Virus record (IMG/VR): IMGVR_UViG_3300029486_000002
Coordinates: 8,787-72,786 of that record
Length of the DNA: 64,000 bases
Direction: 5' to 3' (one strand)
DNA from: a virus
The notes under the pieces are model-generated. The model was not told the DNA's origin, did no database searches, and saw only the letters and a list, made by a program, of their open reading frames with translations. Each line of letters starts with the position of its first letter. The first letter of the stretch is position 1. The position numbers and the translations under genes are program-made. This document shows, one piece after another, positions 48,391 through 57,857 of this stretch.

Positions 48391-49320
48391 ATGGAATTAA
48401 GACATTTACGCTCCTTTGTTTATGTCGCCGAAACAAAGTCGTTTAGTACGGCTACCACACGTTGTTGCGTCACCCAGTCGGCGGTAAGCCAGCACATTCG
48501 CGCCCTGGAGGACGAGTTGGGTTGCAAACTGCTTATCCGCACTTCGCACGGCATTATGCTCACTGAAAGCGGCGAAGCCCTGTTGCCTCGTGCCAAAGAA
48601 ATACTGAAGCAGACCGAGGACTGCAAAGAGCAAATCAATGCCCTTAACAACTGCATGACCGGCGAATTGCGCATAGGCGTAGGTTCTTTTATTGCTCCGT
48701 ATGTCCGTATGGCAGCATTGATATTTATGGAGAGATACCCCAACGTGCGTATCAATGCCGAGTTCACCAAAGCATATATTCTTAACCAATCGCTAAGGGC
48801 GCACATGTTAGACCTTGCTTTCACTATGAATATGGCTTACAGCCACGAGGGAATAGAGACTACACCCTGCATACCCTTTAATGTGTATGCTATCATGCGC
48901 GATACCCATCCGCTTGCCTCACTTCCAAAGGTGTCGTATGAAGACATTCTGAAGCACCCTATCATTATGCCCGACGTAGGCGAACGTGCGATTGAGACCT
49001 TTCAAAAAAACATTCAGCGCGACCTATACAAACTCAACATCAAGTGTATCATCAGCGACCCCGACGAAGCCCTTGCTTCGGTGGAAGAAACCAAGTACGT
49101 CACCTTCATGCCTAAGCTCTACCTGCGCAACCACCCTACCCTTGTAGCGCGTCCCGTTGTCGGACTCGAACAACAGTTGATGAGCAACGCCCACTGGATG
49201 CAGGACGTACCCAAGAAGCGAGCCGCACAATTATTTCTTGACATCATCCGCGACGAAGTGGTGCCATACATTTCCGTAGCCGAAGATTCGCAAGGGAAGT
49301 TCACACCGCATCCCCGATAG
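48391..49320 (+). CDS. LysR-family transcriptional regulator
   Basis: N-terminal HTH LRHLRSFVYVAETKSFSTATTRCCVTQSAVSQHIRALEDELGCKLLIR; 309 aa with a substrate-binding-domain-like C-terminus. Confidence 0.85.
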   Translation: MELRHLRSFVYVAETKSFSTATTRCCVTQSAVSQHIRALEDELGCKLLIRTSHGIMLTESGEALLPRAKEILKQTEDCKEQINALNNCMTGELRIGVGSFIAPYVRMAALIFMERYPNVRINAEFTKAYILNQSLRAHMLDLAFTMNMAYSHEGIETTPCIPFNVYAIMRDTHPLASLPKVSYEDILKHPIIMPDVGERAIETFQKNIQRDLYKLNIKCIISDPDEALASVEETKYVTFMPKLYLRNHPTLVARPVVGLEQQLMSNAHWMQDVPKKRAAQLFLDIIRDEVVPYISVAEDSQGKFTPHPR

Positions 49321-49345
49321 TCATTAGAATATCTTATACTGTACC

Positions 49346-49380
49346 GAGCCTCACGTTAGCAGCGTGAGGCTTTTTTATTT
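49346..49380 (+). terminator. strong rho-independent terminator GAGCCTCACG...CGTGAGGCT + TTTTTTATTTT
   Basis: 9-10-bp stem and a T-run immediately after the LysR stop. Confidence 0.7.
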
Positions 49381-49459
49381 TAGTATTAGCCGAAATTATA
49401 CGTTATTCCACGGCAAGAACACTTAATAAGAAACACTTCGCCCACACCACTTTCTCCCC

Positions 49460-49471
49460 TACCTTTGCAAC
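49460..49471 (+). promoter_or_regulatory. promoter-like TACCTTTGCAAC (identical to 642-653)
   Basis: Exact 12-mer repeat; 10 nt upstream of the ATG at 49482. Confidence 0.4.
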
Positions 49472-49481
49472 AAGTTCAATA

Positions 49482-50021
49482 ATGAACGAAATCAACCAAG
49501 CACAAAACACTATGCAGATTAAAACTAATGACGGCAACTATGATGTTGCCAGCAAGGGACTTGGCAATACAGCCTTGGGTCTCGGCATCGCAGGCTTGGC
49601 AACGAGCCTATTGGGAGGCAGCGCCTCGCTTCTGGGCATCGGAAGAAACAACGGCATGACAGCCAATCCTACCGACCCTGATGCGCGTTTCGTAACTAAG
49701 AGTGAGACTAACCTCATCCAAGAGAACAGCACTCTGAAAACCGAACTCGCCATTCAGAAGAGCGAAAACTACACCGACAAGAAGCTCGTGGAAGTGACAC
49801 AGTATCTCGATACGAAGTTGCGCCGTGTAGAAGACAAAGTGGATGCAAACAAGGATGCGCAGCAAGCCGTCAACGCACAGCAGATGGCTTACAATGCGGC
49901 AGCTAACGCCAGCATCGACGTGCTCAAGTCGCAGGTGGCATCGTTGTCGAGCGTAACCAAGTTGTTCATCCCTTCAACCAACGTATGCCAGACCGGTTGC
50001 GGTTGCGGATGCAATCAGTAA
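49482..50021 (+). CDS. membrane-anchored coiled-coil protein with a Cys-rich C-terminus
   Basis: Gly-zipper TM ALGLGIAGLATSLLGGSASLLGIG; a coiled-coil core; ends CQTGCGCGCNQ. Confidence 0.45.
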   Translation: MNEINQAQNTMQIKTNDGNYDVASKGLGNTALGLGIAGLATSLLGGSASLLGIGRNNGMTANPTDPDARFVTKSETNLIQENSTLKTELAIQKSENYTDKKLVEVTQYLDTKLRRVEDKVDANKDAQQAVNAQQMAYNAAANASIDVLKSQVASLSSVTKLFIPSTNVCQTGCGCGCNQ

Positions 50022-50047
50022 GAGAATAACGTAATCCAGCTATATAT

Positions 50048-50470
50048 ATGGAATACAAAAACTCACAAATCTTGGCGGCAGTCGTGTCCGAATGGGCACG
50101 ACCCGCCATTTCGCAGATAGCCGCAGGCAACCTCATGCGCCTACCCATGCTTCAGTCTCTGCAAGCCACCATCAGTTCGTTAGGCATTGTCAGTGGCAGT
50201 TATGCCCTACAGAAGGACATCGAGCCACTCATCCAGCCAATCATCAATTCGCTCGTCGCACCTATGCTTGCCCGATATTTCGGTCAGATACCCGAAGAGA
50301 GCATACCGCAGATGGCACATGACATAGTGGAGAAGATGCGAGGTAACGGACCGCTGTCTGTGCTCGAGGGTATGGTGACGTTTGAAGACGAAGACCTCAC
50401 CGAGCTTGCCGATCTTCTTGACAAGAACCTACCCGTAGGGCAGACGCAAGGCTATCAGGTAAAACATTAA
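50048..50470 (+). CDS. hypothetical protein (140 aa)
   Basis: ORF track. Confidence 0.4.
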   Translation: MEYKNSQILAAVVSEWARPAISQIAAGNLMRLPMLQSLQATISSLGIVSGSYALQKDIEPLIQPIINSLVAPMLARYFGQIPEESIPQMAHDIVEKMRGNGPLSVLEGMVTFEDEDLTELADLLDKNLPVGQTQGYQVKH

Positions 50471-50528
50471 ACAGAGTAACAAACCAAGCGGCGGCAAGCA
50501 TCGTCGCTATAATAAAACATAAACGATT

Positions 50529-50957
50529 ATGAACAAACGTACCATTCCGGCTATCATCATAGCCACACTTGCGGCTGGTGCAACCGCCGCTGCACCCTAT
50601 TATGATGTCAATATCACACAGCAGCTTTGTACCCCGGCTTGCGTAGATGAGACACCCGTGTTCGCTCCGAAGTTCTCCGTCAAGAGCATTGCCAACGTAG
50701 GCACATCGCAGTATATCATCGTCATTCACGTTGAGGGTGTAATAAGCTACATCCCATGCAACTGCGGCTCGTGCTGCACACGCTCACAAGTGGTGTCGCA
50801 AGACTTCACCATACCTGTGTTCAGCGCCACAGCCATCAACTCGGCAACAATAACAGTAGGTACCGTACAGAACGGCATAGCACGCATATCTTGCTGCAAC
50901 TGTTCCAAGACTTTCGTGTCCGACTGCCCCGTAACGCTCACCCTTGCAACTACATAA
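50529..50957 (+). CDS. secreted Cys-rich small protein (signal peptide, 10 Cys)
   Basis: MNKRTIPAIIIATLAAGATAAAP signal-like; CNCGSCC and SCCNCS clusters. Confidence 0.45.
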   Translation: MNKRTIPAIIIATLAAGATAAAPYYDVNITQQLCTPACVDETPVFAPKFSVKSIANVGTSQYIIVIHVEGVISYIPCNCGSCCTRSQVVSQDFTIPVFSATAINSATITVGTVQNGIARISCCNCSKTFVSDCPVTLTLATT

Positions 50958-51261
50958 AGCCATGATAGTTCTGATAGCTATAGCCACCATGATAGCTGCC
51001 ACGCTTGCCCAACACCTCGGACTGGCCGAAGCCATTGCCCGTGTTGTTGACAAGGTGGCATCATGCCCTCAGTGTTTCACCTTTTGGGTTACAATGTCGG
51101 CGTTGCTCTACCTCGGCCACGATGTCTACGCATCGGCGCTGTCGGCTATTGTGGTGGCATATCTGTCAAACTGGTTTGTGTTGTTGCTGCTTATTCTTCA
51201 ACGAAAATTTACGAAACTCTATGAAAAAGAAAGACACACCACCGACCGCCTCGACCACTAA
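50944..51261 (+). CDS. small membrane protein (2-3 TM) with a CPQC motif
   Basis: IVLIAIATMIAATLA, FTFWVTMSALLYL and FVLLLLIL hydrophobic stretches. Confidence 0.4.
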   Translation: MQLHKAMIVLIAIATMIAATLAQHLGLAEAIARVVDKVASCPQCFTFWVTMSALLYLGHDVYASALSAIVVAYLSNWFVLLLLILQRKFTKLYEKERHTTDRLDH

Positions 51262-51394
51262 GGTAAAGGCAGAAAGCAAGCCCCAAGCGCAAACTTTCTT
51301 TCCAACGTTGCACATCTCTGCGCAAAAAACATTACTTATCCCACATTTTCGGGGCATCTGCCCTACATGTTAAACATATAAAGACTCAAACAAA

Positions 51395-51898
51395 ATGAAT
51401 TACAAACAGATGATTGAACAGGCTCGTGCCAATGGTATGGCTACCGAGAAGAAGATGTGGGCAGCAGTAGAAACTCTCTCTACCGATCTCCTTGCGCTGG
51501 AGCAGACCGACCCCAAACTCTATTGGCACATATTGCGCCGTCAGCACGCCGTTCTCTATGGACGACACTATTCTGAGAAGATGGCCAACCACGATGTTAA
51601 TGCTCTTGTCTATAGCGGCATGTACGACGAGGAGGGTACGCCAACCGGCGGAGGTGCACATTGGACTCGTATCAAGGTAGACGAGCTGACTAAGGGCATG
51701 AAGTTTCACTCAAATGTCAACGCATGGGACAAATACGTCGCCTTCAATTCGATGTACGCCGACCTCTGCGCTTGCATGAACGAAGAGGAGATAATCAAAG
51801 CCGCCTACGCTTTCTACTTTTGTGATGACGACTGGCAGCCCTGCGAAGATGACTGCACTAAGGTGTGGGACTATAATGCCCTACACGCCACCCTCTAA
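51395..51898 (+). CDS. hypothetical protein (167 aa)
   Basis: ORF track. Confidence 0.45.
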   Translation: MNYKQMIEQARANGMATEKKMWAAVETLSTDLLALEQTDPKLYWHILRRQHAVLYGRHYSEKMANHDVNALVYSGMYDEEGTPTGGGAHWTRIKVDELTKGMKFHSNVNAWDKYVAFNSMYADLCACMNEEEIIKAAYAFYFCDDDWQPCEDDCTKVWDYNALHATL

Positions 51899-52060
51899 TT
51901 TTTTGAATTTTTACATTTGTATTCTTCAAAGCCACTTTGCGCTAATTACACAATTCGCAGAGTGGCTTCATTTGTATCTTCTCCTTATACGCCCCCCCAC
52001 CATGTCCGCCCCACCAAATTAAAAACTCCTACATTTGCCTATGAAAGAAACCCGAAAATT

Positions 52061-53134
52061 ATGACACAACGAAACATCAACCTAACACTGCCCCGATCAT
52101 GGAACGAGTGCAGCACCGAGCAGTTGGAGCTCATCTCCCGGATAATGCTTGAACAGATAGAGCGAGCCGACCGTTATCATCCCTTCGACATGCGCAACGT
52201 CAAGATAGCGTGCTTCTTTGTTCTTGCAGGTATAGAGATAGTGGAAGGCATAGACGAGTCGAAGCCTCTTGAGAAGCAACACTACACTTGCCGACTCTCC
52301 ACCCCAAGCCGACGCAACCGTTTCTTCTGTCGCAAACAGCAGGAGGAAGAAACCTTCCCCATCTACTTATGGCAGTTCAACTATTGGCTAACGCCTAAGC
52401 CGAAGACCGACGACCGCAACTCGGCTGAGTATCTTGTCTCCGGTGCCGGATTGCTCGACTGGCTCGACAACGAGCGTGGAGCTCACCTCTCTCGCTTCCC
52501 CTACCCTACCCTTCGCCTACGCAACAAACGTGGTCTGCTACATCGCAAGACCGACTATGAAGGTCCGGTGCAGGATATGGACGGCTTTTCATGGCAGCAG
52601 TATCGTTTTGCCTCCGATCTCATGGGACAATACACCTCGCTCGCCAACAACCTTGTCAAGATGAAGCAGTTGGGCAAGTTCACGGCCGAGCAGATAGCAC
52701 AGCAAGCCGACAGCGTAGACCGGGCACGTTCCATGTTCCTCGCCACTATCTTCAACCGTCGTATCAACTTCATTGACACCAACACCAACCTCAAGGTGCA
52801 TGATTTCCACTACGACGTGCGCCAATTCGACACCCAAGCCCCACTCTTCCGTCACTTCCCCGATTACCAATGGCAACCTATCCTCTTCTGGTGGACCGGC
52901 ATGATGCACGCCCTCTCACGGCGTTATCCCCATGTGTTCAAGGTGCAGAAGCTTGATCCTCGCAAGCGGCCGTCAACGCCCTTGGAGATATACACCGCCA
53001 CCATCGCCACCATGCAGAAATACGCCTCGCTCACCGAAGATCAGGTGAACAATCAGTCGTATTCGCTTGTTCTGGAACATCTGGAGCGACTGAGCAAGGA
53101 GAATGAGGAAATGGAAAAGATTAGGAAGACGTAG
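52061..53134 (+). CDS. hypothetical protein (357 aa from the internal ATG)
   Basis: Track ORF 51917; the start is placed at MTQRNINL because an A-rich leader precedes it. Confidence 0.45.
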   Translation: MTQRNINLTLPRSWNECSTEQLELISRIMLEQIERADRYHPFDMRNVKIACFFVLAGIEIVEGIDESKPLEKQHYTCRLSTPSRRNRFFCRKQQEEETFPIYLWQFNYWLTPKPKTDDRNSAEYLVSGAGLLDWLDNERGAHLSRFPYPTLRLRNKRGLLHRKTDYEGPVQDMDGFSWQQYRFASDLMGQYTSLANNLVKMKQLGKFTAEQIAQQADSVDRARSMFLATIFNRRINFIDTNTNLKVHDFHYDVRQFDTQAPLFRHFPDYQWQPILFWWTGMMHALSRRYPHVFKVQKLDPRKRPSTPLEIYTATIATMQKYASLTEDQVNNQSYSLVLEHLERLSKENEEMEKIRKT

Positions 53135-53159
53135 TAGAATATTAACGGAAATATAGAGT

Positions 53160-53804
53160 ATGAAGAAGATTCTGTTCAATGACAAGTACGGTCTCACACA
53201 GGCTGTACTCGAAGGCAGAAAGACCCAGACCAGGCGTATGCTAAATCCTACAATGTTTTTTCAAAGATTGGAGACCTACGAAGGGTGGTCAAATGAGGAC
53301 ATTAGTGTTTGGAAAAGGTTATGTAATAGACGACTCTATGAAGCCCAAGGAGATATGCTTCAGCAGATGTTTGATTACGCATTGTCGTCTTCACGTTACA
53401 AACTTGGTGAAACCATAGCCATCGCACAGAGATACGAAGATATGGCAAAGGACGATGACCTTTTCCGTCTTTGTTGCAATATTTGGGGGCGCATCCTATT
53501 CGAGAAAGGATTGCACAACAAGATGTTTGTCAAGGCAGACCTTATGCCCCATCATATTTGCATCACCAACATCCGCGTAGAACGTCTGCAAGACATCAGC
53601 GAAGAAGACTGTCTGAAAGAAGGCATTTGGCGTGACGACAACGTAGGGCTTGAAGGTACGACGTATTGGTATCACGGTCTTGCCAATTCCTCGTTCCGCA
53701 CTCCGCAGCAAGCCTACGCTTCCCTTATCGACCGCCTTTCCGGCAAAGGTACTTGGGTAAGTAATCCTTATGTATTTGTTTATGATTTTGAACTAATAGA
53801 TTAG
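53160..53804 (+). CDS. hypothetical protein (214 aa); the N-terminus is weakly ASCH/PUA-like
   Basis: ORF track; LTQAVLEGRKTQTRR pattern; preceded by the TATTAACGGAAATATAGAG upstream motif. Confidence 0.45.
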   Translation: MKKILFNDKYGLTQAVLEGRKTQTRRMLNPTMFFQRLETYEGWSNEDISVWKRLCNRRLYEAQGDMLQQMFDYALSSSRYKLGETIAIAQRYEDMAKDDDLFRLCCNIWGRILFEKGLHNKMFVKADLMPHHICITNIRVERLQDISEEDCLKEGIWRDDNVGLEGTTYWYHGLANSSFRTPQQAYASLIDRLSGKGTWVSNPYVFVYDFELID

Positions 53805-53807
53805 CTT

Positions 53808-54011
53808 ATGTATATCAAGGTAATACGTCGCAACCGTCCCGGCTGCGAAAAAGTAACAAACAATAACGTCACAATAACCGACCCTTCGGACCTTTTTTCG
53901 ACTATAGAAGATGCGTTGAAATATTGGAAAGAACTTGACCGTAATGCCGTAAGGTTGAATTTGAAGGATTTAAGCGGAACAAAAAATATAAAGAACAATG
54001 AAGATACATAA
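53808..54011 (+). CDS. hypothetical small protein (67 aa)
   Basis: ORF track. Confidence 0.3.
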   Translation: MYIKVIRRNRPGCEKVTNNNVTITDPSDLFSTIEDALKYWKELDRNAVRLNLKDLSGTKNIKNNEDT

Positions 54012-54261
54012 AGAAAAACAATACATCGTGACCGTTAATTCGGAATATGTCAGGCTTTTGTATAAACAGCAGACTGGAGAGAAGAAATCGCAGGATGAGG
54101 TTCTTTACGCAGTAATAAAAAATATAGACGATTTTCTTGAAGGCAAACTAAAGAGGATAGTCCGTTTTCTTATGCCTGACGGGTCTTTTTCGTTCACCAT
54201 TACGTCACTTGCGCAGTATAACCTGCAAGAACGACGCAAGGCGAAGCGAAGAAAGAGATAA
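53998..54261 (+). CDS. hypothetical small basic protein (87 aa)
   Basis: ORF track; overlaps the upstream ORF. Confidence 0.3.
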   Translation: MKIHKEKQYIVTVNSEYVRLLYKQQTGEKKSQDEVLYAVIKNIDDFLEGKLKRIVRFLMPDGSFSFTITSLAQYNLQERRKAKRRKR

Positions 54262-54295
54262 AATGATGTGAGTATTAACGAAAATATAGAAGACA

Positions 54296-54733
54296 ATGAA
54301 AAAAGAGAAAATAAAGCAGTTGGTGGATGTAATGCAGGCGTATGTAAATGGCAAAACTATCCAATATTACAACGTTGACCTTAGCTTTAAGATTGAACAT
54401 CCAGGAGAGCCTAATTTCAACTGTAAATGGGTAGATGTGGATGAAGGACATCATTTTAGACCTGATTGTTACGACTACCGTATCAAGCCCAAACCCAAGT
54501 ACCGCCCGTTTAAAAATGTAGACGAGTGCTGGCAGGAAATGCTGAAGCACCAACCGTTCGGATGGATTAAGAGCAAGACAGGAGGCCATTATTCTATGGT
54601 CACGGTAGTAGGTGCTGATGAAAAAATGAAGAGTATTGCGATAAGTGGCAGACATATTTGGCCTTTCGATGAAACACTGAGCAACTACACCTTCGCCGAT
54701 GGCACTCCTTTCGGCATCAAGGAGGAACACTAA
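54296..54733 (+). CDS. hypothetical protein (145 aa)
   Basis: ORF track; preceded by TATTAACGAAAATATAGAAG. Confidence 0.45.
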   Translation: MKKEKIKQLVDVMQAYVNGKTIQYYNVDLSFKIEHPGEPNFNCKWVDVDEGHHFRPDCYDYRIKPKPKYRPFKNVDECWQEMLKHQPFGWIKSKTGGHYSMVTVVGADEKMKSIAISGRHIWPFDETLSNYTFADGTPFGIKEEH

Positions 54734-54746
54734 AGGTTCTCACATC

Positions 54747-54840
54747 GAATTTAACGGATTCAACGGATTCTTGTTTGTCATCGAATGACGCAAAACTAAC
54801 GAAGACGAAGATAATTCGTGAAATTCGTAAAATTCGATGA
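54747..54840 (+). repeat. 90-bp composite repeat A: AACGGATTC x2, hairpin GTCATCGAATGAC, three tandem 9-mers ATTCGTGAA/ATTCGTAAA/ATTCGATGA
   Basis: Aligns over about 85 nt with 62243-62326. Confidence 0.5.
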
Positions 54841-54877
54841 CGATAATATTAACAACATAAAAGGATTTGCAGAGATT

Positions 54878-55255
54878 ATGAAAGCATGTTCAAAAAATAA
54901 GGTACTTGCTGCCATCTGCAACCGTCAAGGCATCAACCTCTATCACCATCAGCTCGACGGAGCTTCGTGGCAGATTTGCGCTGGAGGCTATGTTGTGAAC
55001 GGATATTCAGACGGTCGCTCTGTGCATCGGTTATTGTCTAAAATGAGTGGTGTGCTTGTTTTACTATTGAAATACGGCAATCTTCGGCCGTGGCATATTT
55101 TCGGTTACGAGCGTAATATCACATGGCGCAGGGAAATTCATGCGATTATGCCTATAGCCGAGCCTTTGTGCGATAAAGGCAGAAAGGTTTATACCTATTA
55201 TGACAAAGAATATGATGAGTGGTTACAAGCATATTACGACTTGAAAAATTCATAA
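54878..55255 (+). CDS. hypothetical protein (125 aa from the ATG at 54878)
   Basis: Track ORF 54818 starts on GTG inside the repeat; the internal ATG follows the upstream motif TATTAACAACATAAAAGGATTTGCAGAGATT. Confidence 0.4.
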   Translation: MKACSKNKVLAAICNRQGINLYHHQLDGASWQICAGGYVVNGYSDGRSVHRLLSKMSGVLVLLLKYGNLRPWHIFGYERNITWRREIHAIMPIAEPLCDKGRKVYTYYDKEYDEWLQAYYDLKNS

Positions 55256-55297
55256 GGGAAAGAGATTATTAACAACATAACGGATTTATAGAGAATT

Positions 55298-55825
55298 ATG
55301 CGAACGATTAAGTTTAAGGGCATCTGGTTTGAAGATGGTGGTTGGGTACACGGTGCATTGATGCGCAAGGTTCAGCATTGGCGTTCTTGCATAGACGGTC
55401 ATGTGGCCCATGTAGAGAACTACGACTATATCGTCAATCAAGACGAAATTGACAACTTGAAATATCATCAGGTTCATCCCTCTTCGATCTGCCAGTTTAC
55501 GGGATTTACCGACAAGAATGGCAAGGAGATTTACGAGGGTGACGTGTTGCGGTCGGACAGTTATCCGTACAGCTGCCTTGAAGACAACGAGCGCGACAAC
55601 TACTATGCCGTAGTGTATTACTGCAAGGAGGAAGCTTTCTTTGGTATAGTGACGGCAGTGAATCCCGACTCTAAAGTATGCGGTATTTCTGACGGCATTC
55701 TTGATTATGCCCAGAAAGATAAAATGAAGAACTTTGAGGTTGTTGGCAATATCCACGAAAAGAAGTGGCAACAATACGGCGAATACTTTAAGACTGAAGA
55801 AGGAAAGGAGGCCGACAATGATTAA
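55298..55825 (+). CDS. YopX-family phage protein
   Basis: IKFKGIW...QFTGFTDKNGKEIYEGDVL matches the YopX core. Confidence 0.6.
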   Translation: MRTIKFKGIWFEDGGWVHGALMRKVQHWRSCIDGHVAHVENYDYIVNQDEIDNLKYHQVHPSSICQFTGFTDKNGKEIYEGDVLRSDSYPYSCLEDNERDNYYAVVYYCKEEAFFGIVTAVNPDSKVCGISDGILDYAQKDKMKNFEVVGNIHEKKWQQYGEYFKTEEGKEADND

Positions 55826-56279
55826 TGCAGAAGACCTTAGAATAGGCGACATTGTGCAGACAAACAAAGACTGCATGTTTCCGAAAGACACCTTGTGTAT
55901 CGTTACCGAAATCCATCCCGACCGACAGCATAATGACAAGAAGGGAGTCGTCAGTTTGAAGGCTGTCAACGACGAAGACGACGGCCCCTGGGGGACATGG
56001 TGCTGCAACATCGATGGTGTGCCGGTCACGCCCGAAATCCTTCGCAATAATGACTTTAAGGAAGAGGTTGAGGGCAAGTACTTTACAAGACCAATTAAAG
56101 CAAGAGCAGGCAGTTTCCTTGCCAGATATTTGGCTGTAGAACGAAAAAAATACGCTTGGGCAATATTCATAAAGTATTACAACGTGACAGGCTATGCACT
56201 CTTATATCATATAAAGTACGTTCACGAACTACAGCTCGTCCTTAAAATAGTGAAATTTAGTCTGGAATTTAAAGTATAG
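55818..56279 (+). CDS. hypothetical protein (153 aa) overlapping the YopX stop (ATGA)
   Basis: Internal ATG of track ORF 55734; the start overlaps the preceding stop. Confidence 0.4.
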   Translation: MINAEDLRIGDIVQTNKDCMFPKDTLCIVTEIHPDRQHNDKKGVVSLKAVNDEDDGPWGTWCCNIDGVPVTPEILRNNDFKEEVEGKYFTRPIKARAGSFLARYLAVERKKYAWAIFIKYYNVTGYALLYHIKYVHELQLVLKIVKFSLEFKV

Positions 56280-56375
56280 TTCTATGAAAGCAAAAACAAG
56301 GTTCTGTTTGACAGATACAACCTTTACTTTAGAGGTGTTTGGAAGAAACCCCACAACTATCCCTCGCTGTTAGAT

Positions 56376-56852
56376 ATGGTAGAGCGTCGTATAGGATGGA
56401 GGGTTGACGTACTTCGTTGTTGTAATAACTGGGAAGATATTGTTTCTACTGACCGTAAAGTGCTTTCCAACTTTTGCGACCCGAAGAAATTTCATTTTCC
56501 AAAAAAGTGGCGCATTGACCCCCGTGTTTTTGACCCGAGATGGGATCTATCCCATGAATATTATGTCGTGAGGAAGAAAAACAATCGGTATAAGGTTGTT
56601 CTGAATAAACCCAAAAGACCTTCCGCCGGAAGAACCTTGGTGGTAGATACAAAGAGAGGCTATATCCGTGAGATTGGCGACAAGGTGTGGTATCATCCAG
56701 ATTATATGGATTTCGACTGTCAGACTTGTGCTGATTTCGGAACCTGTATGACGGGGTCTTACGACAAGAGTTTTTGTGGGGTGGCTGCAAAGTGTGGACT
56801 CGGTCACGGTAACACATGGCAGGAAGTAATAGAAAACAATGATCAACATTAA
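56376..56852 (+). CDS. hypothetical Cys-containing protein (158 aa)
   Basis: ORF track. Confidence 0.45.
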   Translation: MVERRIGWRVDVLRCCNNWEDIVSTDRKVLSNFCDPKKFHFPKKWRIDPRVFDPRWDLSHEYYVVRKKNNRYKVVLNKPKRPSAGRTLVVDTKRGYIREIGDKVWYHPDYMDFDCQTCADFGTCMTGSYDKSFCGVAAKCGLGHGNTWQEVIENNDQH

Positions 56853-57093
56853 GATTTCGGTACATCCGGTTAGCCATCGGCTCGAATGGCGAGGATGGGG
56901 GGGGTAATTTCTCGCCCGCCCTTCGAGCCACCGACTACAAATGCCCACATTGCATAATGATTGAATATGACTAAGAAGCATCCATTCGACGATTTTCATC
57001 AGCGCATCCATTGGAACGGAACCTGTATCGGAACCATAACTCAACAATGGGGTAATCCTGCACCTCGTCACGGATGGAGATTAATTATTGAAT

Positions 57094-57411
57094 ATGACTG
57101 ACCCTCACTACAAGCGCGGCACTATCAGCAAGGACGGCAAGCTGTATGGCCGCTATCCCGACGGCTCGCTCTACCGCATCTACTCTACCACCGACCGACC
57201 GTTCCTTCAGTTGGTGGACCGAGAGGGCGAGACGTTCCTTCGCATACGCCAAGCCACCGAGCTGGGCTATACCGACTGTCCCTGCCCAGGATCTGCCGAC
57301 CTAAGTTATCCGTCCTCGGCTCTGAGGCGCAGTCGCACAGTCGGGGAGGGTAAGCTCGTAAACGCACTGACCGCTGTAAGTGGCGGAATCTGCGTGTTTG
57401 TTGAATTATAA
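57094..57411 (+). CDS. array member (106 aa, MTDPHY..., ends ...ICVFVEL)
   Basis: Track ORF 57088 (TTG); the ATG at 57094 lies inside the junction ATTGAATATGACTGAC. Confidence 0.4.
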   Translation: MTDPHYKRGTISKDGKLYGRYPDGSLYRIYSTTDRPFLQLVDREGETFLRIRQATELGYTDCPCPGSADLSYPSSALRRSRTVGEGKLVNALTAVSGGICVFVEL

Positions 57412-57430
57412 ATTAAAGGAGAAATGAATT

Positions 57431-57724
57431 ATGAGTTACAATACAACGAAGATAACCGTATTTAACGACGAAAAGGAAAAGGATGAAGACGTAAAACTCT
57501 TCTACTCTACCATTACCGACAATGTAGGCATCACCTGTGGAGAGCAAGATGTATTTCTTACCCAAGACCAATTCAAGGCTTTGGCTTATCTTATGAGGAG
57601 ATGTTTCTATACAAGAGACATGTTGGATAAAATGCAGGTAGCTATCGATCGTTGCAAGTGTCCTTATAACGTCTTTTCTTCTCACTACGAAAATACTTGG
57701 AAATTAGAGGTTGAGAAGGACTGA
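57431..57724 (+). CDS. array member (97 aa, Cys-containing)
   Basis: ORF track. Confidence 0.4.
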   Translation: MSYNTTKITVFNDEKEKDEDVKLFYSTITDNVGITCGEQDVFLTQDQFKALAYLMRRCFYTRDMLDKMQVAIDRCKCPYNVFSSHYENTWKLEVEKD

Positions 57725-57725
57725 T

Positions 57726-57857
57726 ATGACTAATATTGACTTTTATCAATATCCTCGTGGCAATAACGATGGAGGCAAATTAGGCACAGACGTTTGTCCT
57801 ACCGTAACAATCAATTCGTGGCCGCAAAATGTATTTCTGATTGAAGAATATGAATGA
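57726..57857 (+). CDS. array member (43 aa, MTNIDF..., ends LIEEYE)
   Basis: Hand translation; its stop overlaps the next ATG (GAATATGAATGA). Confidence 0.3.
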   Translation: MTNIDFYQYPRGNNDGGKLGTDVCPTVTINSWPQNVFLIEEYE

